In this document: piece after piece, positions 21,277-30,855 of the stretch
Numbering within the stretch: position 1 is the stretch's first letter
Layout of the letters: every line of letters starts with the position of its first letter
NCBI GenBank assembly: GCA_963663405.2
Contig: CAXXSM010000130.1
Coordinates: 32,001-96,000 of the forward strand
Direction of reading: 5' to 3'
Length of the DNA: 64,000 nucleotides
Source: a bacterium
Lineage (GTDB): Bacteria > Hinthialibacterota > Hinthialibacteria > Hinthialibacterales > Hinthialibacteraceae
Translations under genes and position numbers: made by a program
Notes under the pieces: model-generated
Databases searched by the model: none
Told to the model about the DNA's origin: nothing
What the model saw: the letters and a program-made list of their open reading frames with translations, nothing else

Positions 21277-22512
21277 CTAGTTTAGGGTTTCTCTTAGAAG
21301 AGCGCTCGAACATGAGGATTGAATTTGTTTTGTGAATTTATAAATATGAACATCGTATGCGTTGAATGGATCTTCAAATTGCCCATTGACGGCGTTTATC
21401 GTCCGGTCTTCATAGAGGACTTCGATTTTTGTTTCGGAAGGCAAATCATCTAGAATAAATGTCGCTTTGGTTGGATTATTACGCATTCCCACGGCGAAGA
21501 GATAGGCCGCGCCATTATAGTGTTTCAGCATAATATCCACAGGCGTTTCGGGATCAGACACACTCACCTCTACCTTCCCATCAATCGTTGTGCTATTGAG
21601 AACCGGGGCGAGAGCGTGGATCTGATTGTTAAGTTTCGTAACCGCTTCAAGCATTTCGGGATCGTCGAGCAGAGCGTCTTCGTTGAACTGAGGCGCGAAT
21701 TCATGGACGAAATAGATCAGCCCCATCGAGCCATGAATGATGGACATCCAGACTTCCGCTTTCACCTGATGTGGAGTGGCTTTCTTCTTTTCATTGCTAA
21801 TATGTGTGCATTCGATGCAGTTCCAAACGATTTTCTTCCCCTCACTCCACTCGATTAACCGGTCGACGCCTTTGGGAACGTACCAGAGATAATTTTCTCC
21901 ATCCGTCTTGCGGATTCCAACGACAGGATACACATCAAATGAGAGAAGATCACAGCCTTTGACGTAGGTAAGATAATCACTCTGTTTGCCCCAAATCCCA
22001 CGGCCTTTCCATTCATCATTGGCGACACCCTGTCCGAGATTGAGCAGGATGGGCCGGGATGGATCGCGTTCTTTTAACTCTTCATAATCAGCGACGATGT
22101 CAGCTGGTGGAACGGGAGGGCCATAGGTTCTCTCTCCGGTATCCGGATCGGTGACCGGCTGGGCATTGTCCGGTTCATCCCCATGCATCCATCCAACAAT
22201 CGTGCGATCGTCTTTATGCGCAAGCCCGACAGTGTTTTGGTCACAAATAACCTGCATTCCCGCATTTTTGAGCGTGGTCAACTGCGCTTCCGTCGGACCT
22301 CTCCAAAGCCCAATATAAAGATTGATACCCGCCGCTTTATACTTCACCGCATTTTTCGGATCCTGAAGCCAAACCGCGATCGGAAAATAATCTGGATCGG
22401 AGGAAGGGCCGTTTTTCCATTGCGCGTACACGTTCAGATTGGATTCATTTTGAGAATGAGCCGGAACGAGCGAAAGGAAGAATATGATACAAGTGAGAAG
22501 GATTGATTTCAC
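21277..22512 (-). CDS. Secreted protein, probable glycoside hydrolase-like TIM barrel
   Basis: Signal peptide after GTG at 22512; GWMHGDEPDNAQ, SFDVYPV, CIECTHI, WMSIIHGSMGLIYF; beta-sandwich-like C-terminus. Confidence 0.6.
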   Translation of the reverse strand: MKSILLTCIIFFLSLVPAHSQNESNLNVYAQWKNGPSSDPDYFPIAVWLQDPKNAVKYKAAGINLYIGLWRGPTEAQLTTLKNAGMQVICDQNTVGLAHKDDRTIVGWMHGDEPDNAQPVTDPDTGERTYGPPVPPADIVADYEELKERDPSRPILLNLGQGVANDEWKGRGIWGKQSDYLTYVKGCDLLSFDVYPVVGIRKTDGENYLWYVPKGVDRLIEWSEGKKIVWNCIECTHISNEKKKATPHQVKAEVWMSIIHGSMGLIYFVHEFAPQFNEDALLDDPEMLEAVTKLNNQIHALAPVLNSTTIDGKVEVSVSDPETPVDIMLKHYNGAAYLFAVGMRNNPTKATFILDDLPSETKIEVLYEDRTINAVNGQFEDPFNAYDVHIYKFTKQIQSSCSSALLRETLN

Positions 22513-22630
22513 GATTGATCTCCATTGGTTGGAATTGAAGATGCGCCGTTTTTTTACATCTCCAGAGATCATAATGGAAAAGTGAAAGGAATGTCAATGC
22601 GCGGTTTATCGTAAGAAGAAATCCATCAAT

Positions 22631-23596
22631 TCAATCATCCAGATTGATCGTTTCACGCACCGCATAGATCTTCTTCTCCTGGCTTTCGTGATACACCCGC
22701 GTCATCATTTCCGCTAAGAGACCAATCATAATATTCTGAACGCCGATCAACGCGAGAAACACGGCGAGAAGCAGGAACGCGTTTTCGCTTGCTTGATCTC
22801 CTTGAAAGATCTTTTCATACAACACTTTTGCGCCACACAATACCCCGCCAAAGATAAAGAGAAGCCCGGTTGATCCAAAAAAATGAATAGGCCGCGTCAT
22901 ATAACTCCCTAGAAGTACTAATACAGGCAAGTCCAGCAATACTTTGAATGTGCGCATGATCGTGTATTTAGATTTCCCACGCAGGCGGGGATTATGAGTC
23001 ACTTCCACTTCACAGATCTTCGCGCCCATCCGATGCCCCAGGATCGAGAGGAAACGGTGCATCTCTCCATACAGATTCACGCCGCTGAGGATTTCCCGGC
23101 GGCAGGCTTTGAGTGTACAGCCGTGATCGTGAAGCCGCACACCGGTGACCCACGAGATCAACCGGTTGGCGATCCTCGACGGCAGGATTTTTGAAAAGAA
23201 TGGATCTTTCCGCCGGCGCCGCCACCCGCTGGCGATATCAAAGCCTTCGTCGATCTTCGCCAACAGTTTGGGAATATCCGCCGGATCGTTCTGAAGGTCA
23301 GCGTCAAGGAGAACAACAATTTCTCCCCGCGCATGATCCAAACCGGCCGCAATTGCAGCTGACTGCCCGAAATTCCGGCGCAGAAAAACCGCTTTGACAT
23401 TCTCATCCGAACCAGCCAGTTCCCGCAGCGTCTCCCCGGAACCGTCATCACTGCCATCATCACAATAAACAATCTCGAACGAACGCCCGATTCCTTCAAG
23501 AACGTTCATCAGTGACGCATGCAACGGGCGGATATTATCCACTTCGTTATACACAGGCAAAACGACTGAGAGTTGAGGGCTAGGTGGTTTTTTCAT
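22631..23596 (-). CDS. GT2 polyprenyl-phosphate glycosyltransferase (ArnC/DPM-like)
   Basis: VVLPVYNE, DDGSDD, RRNFGQSAA, DADLQNDP; two C-terminal TM helices. Confidence 0.92.
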   Translation of the reverse strand: MKKPPSPQLSVVLPVYNEVDNIRPLHASLMNVLEGIGRSFEIVYCDDGSDDGSGETLRELAGSDENVKAVFLRRNFGQSAAIAAGLDHARGEIVVLLDADLQNDPADIPKLLAKIDEGFDIASGWRRRRKDPFFSKILPSRIANRLISWVTGVRLHDHGCTLKACRREILSGVNLYGEMHRFLSILGHRMGAKICEVEVTHNPRLRGKSKYTIMRTFKVLLDLPVLVLLGSYMTRPIHFFGSTGLLFIFGGVLCGAKVLYEKIFQGDQASENAFLLLAVFLALIGVQNIMIGLLAEMMTRVYHESQEKKIYAVRETINLDD

Positions 23597-23746
23597 AATA
23601 TATGAGATTAAACTGCGGAAACTTGATATCCAATTCTAATCATTAATCTATTGTAACAACGTAAAAGGAATTGAGTACTGCTGATCTGAATCTTGATTGA
23701 ACTGATTTACTTGATTTTATATCATGGTTATTTTGTTTTTTTTACA

Positions 23747-23977
23747 CCTCATTCGTTTGAATCACGGATAGCGCAGAAAACCACGGATTTCACGGAAAAA
23801 GATTCCGTGCCCATCTCATCACATCCGCGTAATCCGTGATTCAAACATATCCACGATTCAAGAAAACTGTGATCTCACCGCCTCATTCGTTTGAACCACG
23901 GATAGCGCAGAAAACCGCGGATTCCACGGAAAAATTCCGTGATCATCCCATCAAATCCGCGTAATCCGTGATTCAAA
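23747..23977. repeat. Two tandem ~100-bp palindromic elements (23747-23846 and 23881-23977)
   Basis: Each copy reads (g)tttgaa(t/c)cacggat...atccgtgattcaaa with an internal cacggaa/ttccgtg hairpin. Confidence 0.85.
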
Positions 23978-26900
23978 ACAAATCCATCGCCCGCACGCGA
24001 TACGTCCGAATCTCGCGTGAACCGATTTCGACTTCCATGACACCCTCATCAGACGCGCCTTCTTCCCCGCGCGGACGTTCAACAAGATCCGTACGTTCCC
24101 AGGTAATCTTCTTCAATGTGTCGAAGAAGATGCGAACCGGTGTATCCACACCATCCAATTCACGCAGGCGGAGGATAAATCCATCCCCATCTTCCGCCAC
24201 TTTGATCCCCTGCGCGAGAACATTGTCCACATCAATAGAAACAAGTGACGCCGTGTCGGAGGGAAGCGGCGCTTCTTCTTTCGTCTTCATCGCCAAAGGT
24301 GTGACGAGGAACGGATAACTCACCTCATCGGCGAAACGGGTGGCGGCGCTGGGGGTGCAGGAGCCGTCATGGAACAGAATCGAATACCGGAACGTGGCCG
24401 GCCCCCCCTGGCTTGCTTTATAATTCGTGAACCAATAGTTATTCATCGCGTAGGAATAAAAATGCGTGTTGGTTAAAGGCAGATGCTCCAACCAGGGCTG
24501 TTCGGCGTGCATGTCACATAGTTCCAATAGAGGAACATCATGAGAAACAACCGTGATCCCAAAATCAGCGTTCGATATATCAATCCATCGGCGCAGCGTA
24601 TATATATTACGATTCGCGCCGGGAATTTGATCGGTTTCAGGATGCATTGAAGCGAGTGTGGTTTCAAGAGTAAACTGCCCTTCCGGCACATCGAAAGGAA
24701 ACGCGAACCGCACGGCTTCTTTCTCCCGAATATCTTCTTTATTAATCACATTACAAATATCAATCCGGTCCATCGCGTTGAATAACTCAATATTCTGCGC
24801 CAAACCGTGGATGCCTTGCCCCTCTAAATACGCCTGGAGCGAAGTTGAAATAGAATCCGGCGGACGTGGGATCTGGAAAAGAACGCGGTCGGCGCTTTTG
24901 CTTTCTTTTCCATTGGGGCCGAGGACATGAAGATACTGGTTCACTCCATATGCGCTGTTGGAATCAACCATCTCTTGAAGCATAGGCTGATAGACCAGGG
25001 ATTGAATCGCGCCTGTTTTTTTATTCAACTTCACATCCCACTGGTAATTGCGGATAAATCCATCCGCCGCCGATACGGTGACGCTGGTCTCCCGTGTTTC
25101 ACGGGTTTCCGGGATCAGTTCATAGACTTTATAACCGAACGGTGGGATATCGATGACTTGGAACATGTATCCTTCATCGCGTTTCACCACCGGCGCTTTC
25201 ATCCCATCAGGATCCACGGCTATCCATTGTTCGGATGCGGCCAGTTCATTGCCGATCCCCGATTCGGGAATCACGGCGGCCCCGTTCCGGCGCCACTGCG
25301 TCAGATTCCAAACGGCGAAAGCGAAGGTCCGGTCATTGCGAATCTGTTTAGACATCTCCCGCGCTCCATCCCGCAGCAGCCGCGAAGACGCCCACATCCC
25401 TTTTTCAGCAAAACTGCGTTTCACCCGCCATTGTTCCCGCGTGAAGGGCGAATCGGGTTGTGTGATACTGGTATGCGCGCCCCAAGTATGTTCGCTGTAA
25501 AGCATAATATTATCGTACGCCGTGTCGATTTCCATTGCGGGATACACCGCGCCGTTTCCAGCCATGCGGGAAAGCGCCCAGGCTTTTTCAGCGGTCTGCA
25601 ACCGTAATGTGGAAATACGGTTCATCGCGGTTTCACGCGCGCTCGACGCCGCGCCGTCTTCCCAATAGGGGGTATAGTCGCCTTTCAATTCAGGAATTTG
25701 ATCTTCAAATTTAGAAACAAGGTCTTCAAATGGTTTCACTGCGCCCGAAATGATTAACTTCGGGCTGGCATACCGCTGATTCCATTCATGCGCCACTTTC
25801 GAAAGATGCGCGGGTGGAGGCGTGTTGTCGGCGAAGTAAGCGCGAATGTGAAAAACGTCGTATGGATATTCTGGATCGGCTTCCAATCCAGCCAACACTT
25901 CCAATAAACGATCCTTATCCCGCTCGGATTCCAGCAGATTGAAAATCCGCGCATATCCATATCCCGTGTTCCAGACCAAGACTTTACTCTCCCCATCCGG
26001 ACCGATCCAATAGTATGGTTTTGAACCCATCCCCAGAGTCGCGAATCCGATACGCGCCGTGAGATTCGGGCCGAGTTGGAAATATTTAACGCCTGCTTCC
26101 GCCAGAACCGAAACTGTGCCCCATGTATACCCGGGCACGTCCGTAATCATCGCCGATTTCACTTCAGGGAGATGTTCCCGCTCAGCCAAGTGGGTGGAGT
26201 AATAGACACTGCGTACCAATTCTTCATCCCCACAAAGAGCAGTCAGAAGATTGAGATAGAGGGCGTCGAGCGTGATCACGCCTCTCCGCATGTAATCAAG
26301 CAGCCGAACCTGGTCTCTCTCTGGATACGTCTGCAAATAATCTTTCACCGCCCAGGAAACTTCGGTGTTCCATATGTAATGCGAATCAGGCGTGTAGCCT
26401 TTTTTGATGGAATCTTCATAGAGATCGATCGCCTGATGGAAGAATTTCTTGTGATCGGCGAGGACTTTGTACTGCAAATCCGTATAGCCGATATCGACAT
26501 GAGAACCGGGCAGAAGATAAACCCGCCAATCCCGGCAGGGCTTCAGCTCGATCTCTTTTTTGAATCTCTTTCCCTTCCATTGAAACAAGGCGGCAAGTTT
26601 CCGGGGACGATCGCTTCTCTCGATGGGAATTTCCAACGTCTCCGTTTCCGGCGTTCCAATTGAGGCGAGAATAGAGTCCGGATGTTCGCGGTCAATAATA
26701 GTGAATTCTGAAATCGCAGTGGGGCTGATCACGGGTGAAATCTTGCATTTCACAATCCGCTTGCCATTTTTCAAGACTAAGGGAGGAGCGGTGAATGTAA
26801 GCAGATTCCCGATATACTCATTATCATCGATCGTACCAGGAATAATAATACGCATCGTTTCTGGAACCTTGCCATCGCTGGAAGTGATCTTGAATCCCAT

Positions 26901-27443
26901 TCCCCAACCAGCGCCGGTTTGGCAGACTTTCACAAGGAGCGGATGACGGCCTTGTTCAACCGTGACAGGAACGCGGTCCCAGTTTCTCATGTCACGCAGG
27001 ACCTTTGCGTCATGGATCACGTTTCGATCCATCCAGACTTTCACACTGTCATTTGAGGCGATGTGAAAGACACAATCCTGCGTATCACCACTGTTTTCCA
27101 AAATACAAAAGAAATAGACGGTGACGTTCTCTCTATCCCCAAAATGATTTCTCAGATCAAACACATTCTCCTGAGGGATCGCCAAGTTCCATGGAGTCCA
27201 TACCCCATTGACATACGACGAATCCCAATTGGCTGGCGAGACGGAACGTTCTTCATTAAGAAAATCATAATCGTGTCCCGAAAGATCTTCCGCGCTGGAT
27301 GGATTGGCGTGGGGACCATTGATCAGCCATGTGCGGACGTAGCCATCACCAGACAAATTAAACGCGGTTTCATCCGCGTATGCCGAAATTCCCTGCGAAA
27401 TGAAAACAAACGCTGCGATTGAAAAAAAGAAATAGTGTTTCAC
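23973..27443 (-). CDS. Secreted GH38-like (alpha-mannosidase-type) glycoside hydrolase with N-terminal beta-sandwich domain
   Basis: SHVDIGYTD, DVPGYTWG, WEDGAASSARE, YSEHTWGA, YAMNNYWFTNYKASQGG; GTG start after a strong SD. Confidence 0.85.
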   Translation of the reverse strand: MKHYFFFSIAAFVFISQGISAYADETAFNLSGDGYVRTWLINGPHANPSSAEDLSGHDYDFLNEERSVSPANWDSSYVNGVWTPWNLAIPQENVFDLRNHFGDRENVTVYFFCILENSGDTQDCVFHIASNDSVKVWMDRNVIHDAKVLRDMRNWDRVPVTVEQGRHPLLVKVCQTGAGWGMGFKITSSDGKVPETMRIIIPGTIDDNEYIGNLLTFTAPPLVLKNGKRIVKCKISPVISPTAISEFTIIDREHPDSILASIGTPETETLEIPIERSDRPRKLAALFQWKGKRFKKEIELKPCRDWRVYLLPGSHVDIGYTDLQYKVLADHKKFFHQAIDLYEDSIKKGYTPDSHYIWNTEVSWAVKDYLQTYPERDQVRLLDYMRRGVITLDALYLNLLTALCGDEELVRSVYYSTHLAEREHLPEVKSAMITDVPGYTWGTVSVLAEAGVKYFQLGPNLTARIGFATLGMGSKPYYWIGPDGESKVLVWNTGYGYARIFNLLESERDKDRLLEVLAGLEADPEYPYDVFHIRAYFADNTPPPAHLSKVAHEWNQRYASPKLIISGAVKPFEDLVSKFEDQIPELKGDYTPYWEDGAASSARETAMNRISTLRLQTAEKAWALSRMAGNGAVYPAMEIDTAYDNIMLYSEHTWGAHTSITQPDSPFTREQWRVKRSFAEKGMWASSRLLRDGAREMSKQIRNDRTFAFAVWNLTQWRRNGAAVIPESGIGNELAASEQWIAVDPDGMKAPVVKRDEGYMFQVIDIPPFGYKVYELIPETRETRETSVTVSAADGFIRNYQWDVKLNKKTGAIQSLVYQPMLQEMVDSNSAYGVNQYLHVLGPNGKESKSADRVLFQIPRPPDSISTSLQAYLEGQGIHGLAQNIELFNAMDRIDICNVINKEDIREKEAVRFAFPFDVPEGQFTLETTLASMHPETDQIPGANRNIYTLRRWIDISNADFGITVVSHDVPLLELCDMHAEQPWLEHLPLTNTHFYSYAMNNYWFTNYKASQGGPATFRYSILFHDGSCTPSAATRFADEVSYPFLVTPLAMKTKEEAPLPSDTASLVSIDVDNVLAQGIKVAEDGDGFILRLRELDGVDTPVRIFFDTLKKITWERTDLVERPRGEEGASDEGVMEVEIGSREIRTYRVRAMDLF

Positions 27444-27629
27444 GATGTTTCCTCTCCCCTCTCGATCGGCCGTTTGGACGTGATTTATGACGCCCTTCAT
27501 CTTATCCAATTTTTCGAAGGCTGGATAGGAAAGAAGGGCAACTAAAACAAGATAAAAAAATGATCCATCATGCCAGCCTCTTAGTGATAAAGTAACAATA
27601 AATTAATAGACAAGACTCCAATCATTCCC

Positions 27630-27671
27630 ATCCTGAATATTCCGCCTATCCTGTCTATCCAGATTCTGACA
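27630..27671 (+). repeat. 9-nt-periodic ATCC element (family P), left of the five-gene array
   Basis: atcctgaatattccgcctatcctgtctatccagattctgaca. Confidence 0.7.
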
Positions 27672-27963
27672 AAATACTCCGTGTTTATCCCCCCCCTATC
27701 AGTGGAATCCGTGATTCAAAAACCTACGCGTCTGGACAGAAACAAAAAAACAAATTTTTTATGTGACATTTTTAACACTTGCGTCTATATTTACAAACCA
27801 GAGGGTACATTTCATCAATGGCGTTTTCTTCTTTGGGAAAATCCTAAGTTTTTAATGACGAATCTTAATTAACGGGGGCTTAAGGTGTGGTTAATTGGCC
27901 GCCGTTGCGCGATCCCACTTGCTGTTCATTTTAAAAACAATTACGTGTTGAAGGAGCTGTGTC

Positions 27964-30837
27964 ATGGTGTCAAGATCAAAGTCTTTTTCCCCGTTCGTTT
28001 TGTTCGCAATCGTTTTCCTCTCTTTTGATTTCATCCAAGCGATTCCATCATATGCTGGCCCCTCATTTGGGATTCCTACTGAAACACCGACGGAAGTCCC
28101 CCCGCTACCTGACCTTCTTAATATCACGCAAGACGCAAACCATGAATTGAGACGGATTGTCCGGAATATGTCGAATGATGTCTGTCTGACGATTCAAGCG
28201 GGCAAGGGAAATTTATATTGTGTAGATAGAAATCTGGGAGATCGAGTTGAAATCTATGAACTCTCTCCCGGCCTGACCGATCAAGTCAGACCACAGTTGC
28301 AAAGTGGCCTGGCGCGTTTTTTTATCTTAAGTGAAACGAAACCTTTAGTCGATCTCGCCGTAGATTCTGATGAATCCATTTATGTCATGTACGATGCGAA
28401 CGATATAAATTGGATACTGGAATTCAGTCCGCATTATTCAGGGACTAAAAACAATTTCCATGCCTACATTCAAAATATGCTCCTTTTGGATGAGGGAGAT
28501 TTAATAGAAGGTACGGAACCGTCTTATATGCTGAATATTTATGATATGTATGGTAATTATGGAGTATATAATTCCGGCCCAGCGAAAGATCGGTCTATCC
28601 ATGCGCTTATCGATCTGGGGCCGGTTAAAATCAGTGATAGTATCATTGGGCGTCAAAATTATCTCTGTTTATTAACGGAGGGGGATGATTCTTCCACAAA
28701 AATCTTGATCTATGAATATAATCAGATAAGAGAATTAACTCCTGAAGGAATTCTTCCCGGTTATGTTCCATGCCAATTCGCCTACTTGGAAATGGAACAA
28801 TCATTTTATATCGCCGCTGAAAACATGGATCAAGAATTCGCTCTTTTCCGTGTTTCAGGCGATGGCTTATCAACAGAAAAAGTTGGAGATATCGGCTACA
28901 TCCATAGCATGGTCTCTTCCAAAGATGGAAGGAGCCTCTATTTTACGAATCCTCTAACCGAAGATAAATCAGCCATCTATGCCTATACATATACGGGTCC
29001 GGAGATAATACCCACACCAACGTTCACCCAAACGCCGACTTCCACATTTACCCCGGTCCCCACACCGACGAACTCTCTCACACCGACGAATTCTCCTACA
29101 CCAACAGAGACGCCGACACCAACCCCCACTCCAACAATTGTTTTACGCCCAATTTCTGTCCCCGATTACCGTATCGATTTTGATAGCTACTTCCAAAATC
29201 CGGAGCTCTTTCTTGATTTCTATCAGATTGTCTTTTACAACCAATTTGATACGGATCTCCTCTTCCTTAATCCATCCGGTTTTAACGGACCGGCTATCCA
29301 TCCAATCTCTGGCGAATTTCTGTTTCAGAATGCTTACAATCCAAGCCAATTCTATTCAGTTCCTTATCCAAATCGCCCTGTTGATTGTAGACAAATCGAA
29401 CCGTCTTTTGTGAATGAAAATGCGGAGAATCTCGTGCTAAGGGCGGTCCATCCAGATGGTTCGCTCTATGGATATCGTTATTCAGATATTCAACGAGTCG
29501 TCCTAGATGAATTTTTTGAAACGATTTCAATTGACGCTAGCATCCTTGATATTCATATCGTAACAGAGACTGATCGTATCCCTGGTACCAATACGGGCGA
29601 TGTTTTGATCCTAGGAGAAAAGCCTGGAGGAATAACGGGGATTTGGAGGATCAATCATGAAGAAACATTAACCGGAATCTTTGAGGCGGAGCCATTACTG
29701 CCAGATGAAGATATCCCAGCGTATCCAAAGGATTGGACAATCGGTCCTGGTGGAGCGCTTTACCTTTTGACGTACGATCTGTGGCAGGTCCGCAATAGTG
29801 AAATCTATCGCTTGGATATGGATAACAAGTTCAGAGAAGCGTTTCACTTTTCCTTTGGTGGAGGATGCTATGCGTTTACCTATTTACCCGCCGATCACGC
29901 GTTCTACTTTTTGAAAATTGTACGCAAGTATTATTATGAAAATCTTTATGGACTTATGAGAATCCCAGAAGATGGCTCCACGATAACAGATGTACAGTAC
30001 TCTACTGGTGAAATCGCGAATCTTTCAACATCGCCGGACGGAACATCATTATATTTAACTTATCGGGATATCCAGAATCCAGAATGGAATAACATTCAAG
30101 CCCTTCATTACAGAGGCGAGGTCGTAACACCTACTCCGACACCCTCCGAACCTACACCCACGCCAACTCCCATTCCCGGCTGGTTCGTTCTCGATGGCTT
30201 CGGTGGTATCCACTCTTCCAATCCTGAACTCGAACGGCCCCTGCTTCCCTATTTCGCACCCTATAATATTGTGCGGGATATCGAACCGGATCCCTTGGGC
30301 CGGGGATGGTATATGCTGGATGGTCTAGGGGTGGTTCATACTTCTTCGCCCGATCTTCCTCGTCCTGTGAATCTGCCCTATTTCGGATTCGACATCGCCC
30401 GCAATCTCGAAATTGTTTCGACGGATCATGGGCTTGAGTTCTACATGCTGGATGGGTACGGAACCGTTCATACGTCGACGGAAGAGCCGTTCGAGTACGG
30501 AGAACTTCCCTGGTTCGGTTCCGATCTCGCCCGCGATCTTGAACCGAATCCGAAGGGGGAAGGATGGCTCATCCTGGATGCGTTCGGTTTCTTGCATTCC
30601 ACTCATTGGCCCATCTATGATTTTCCATTAGGCATATCCTTTGTCCCCAACCCAATGGCCCGTGGTATGGTCCGCTTTCCCGATGAAACCACGGTCCTGA
30701 TCAACGCCTACGGAGGCCGCCACACCAACCCATTCTACCCCGCCGCAGATGTCATCAACGGCCTCCCCCCCGAATTCTACTTCTATGGATTCGACATTAT
30801 CTGGGATGTCGAAACTGTGCCAGCCACTCAGCAGTAA
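27964..30837 (+). CDS. Secreted modular protein, paralog 1 (module A - PT linker - module B - PT linker - C-terminal LDGxG repeat domain)
   Basis: Signal peptide, TETPTE, TP-rich linkers, five ~45-aa repeats of the GWxxLDGxGxxH / PYFxxxIxRxxE type. Confidence 0.85.
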   Translation: MVSRSKSFSPFVLFAIVFLSFDFIQAIPSYAGPSFGIPTETPTEVPPLPDLLNITQDANHELRRIVRNMSNDVCLTIQAGKGNLYCVDRNLGDRVEIYELSPGLTDQVRPQLQSGLARFFILSETKPLVDLAVDSDESIYVMYDANDINWILEFSPHYSGTKNNFHAYIQNMLLLDEGDLIEGTEPSYMLNIYDMYGNYGVYNSGPAKDRSIHALIDLGPVKISDSIIGRQNYLCLLTEGDDSSTKILIYEYNQIRELTPEGILPGYVPCQFAYLEMEQSFYIAAENMDQEFALFRVSGDGLSTEKVGDIGYIHSMVSSKDGRSLYFTNPLTEDKSAIYAYTYTGPEIIPTPTFTQTPTSTFTPVPTPTNSLTPTNSPTPTETPTPTPTPTIVLRPISVPDYRIDFDSYFQNPELFLDFYQIVFYNQFDTDLLFLNPSGFNGPAIHPISGEFLFQNAYNPSQFYSVPYPNRPVDCRQIEPSFVNENAENLVLRAVHPDGSLYGYRYSDIQRVVLDEFFETISIDASILDIHIVTETDRIPGTNTGDVLILGEKPGGITGIWRINHEETLTGIFEAEPLLPDEDIPAYPKDWTIGPGGALYLLTYDLWQVRNSEIYRLDMDNKFREAFHFSFGGGCYAFTYLPADHAFYFLKIVRKYYYENLYGLMRIPEDGSTITDVQYSTGEIANLSTSPDGTSLYLTYRDIQNPEWNNIQALHYRGEVVTPTPTPSEPTPTPTPIPGWFVLDGFGGIHSSNPELERPLLPYFAPYNIVRDIEPDPLGRGWYMLDGLGVVHTSSPDLPRPVNLPYFGFDIARNLEIVSTDHGLEFYMLDGYGTVHTSTEEPFEYGELPWFGSDLARDLEPNPKGEGWLILDAFGFLHSTHWPIYDFPLGISFVPNPMARGMVRFPDETTVLINAYGGRHTNPFYPAADVINGLPPEFYFYGFDIIWDVETVPATQQ

Positions 30838-30855
30838 GAATAAAGGAAGCGTATA

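Noticed and set aside
23747-23977. CRISPR array
   Set aside because: Only two ~100-bp palindromic units, no regular repeat-spacer pattern and no cas genes.
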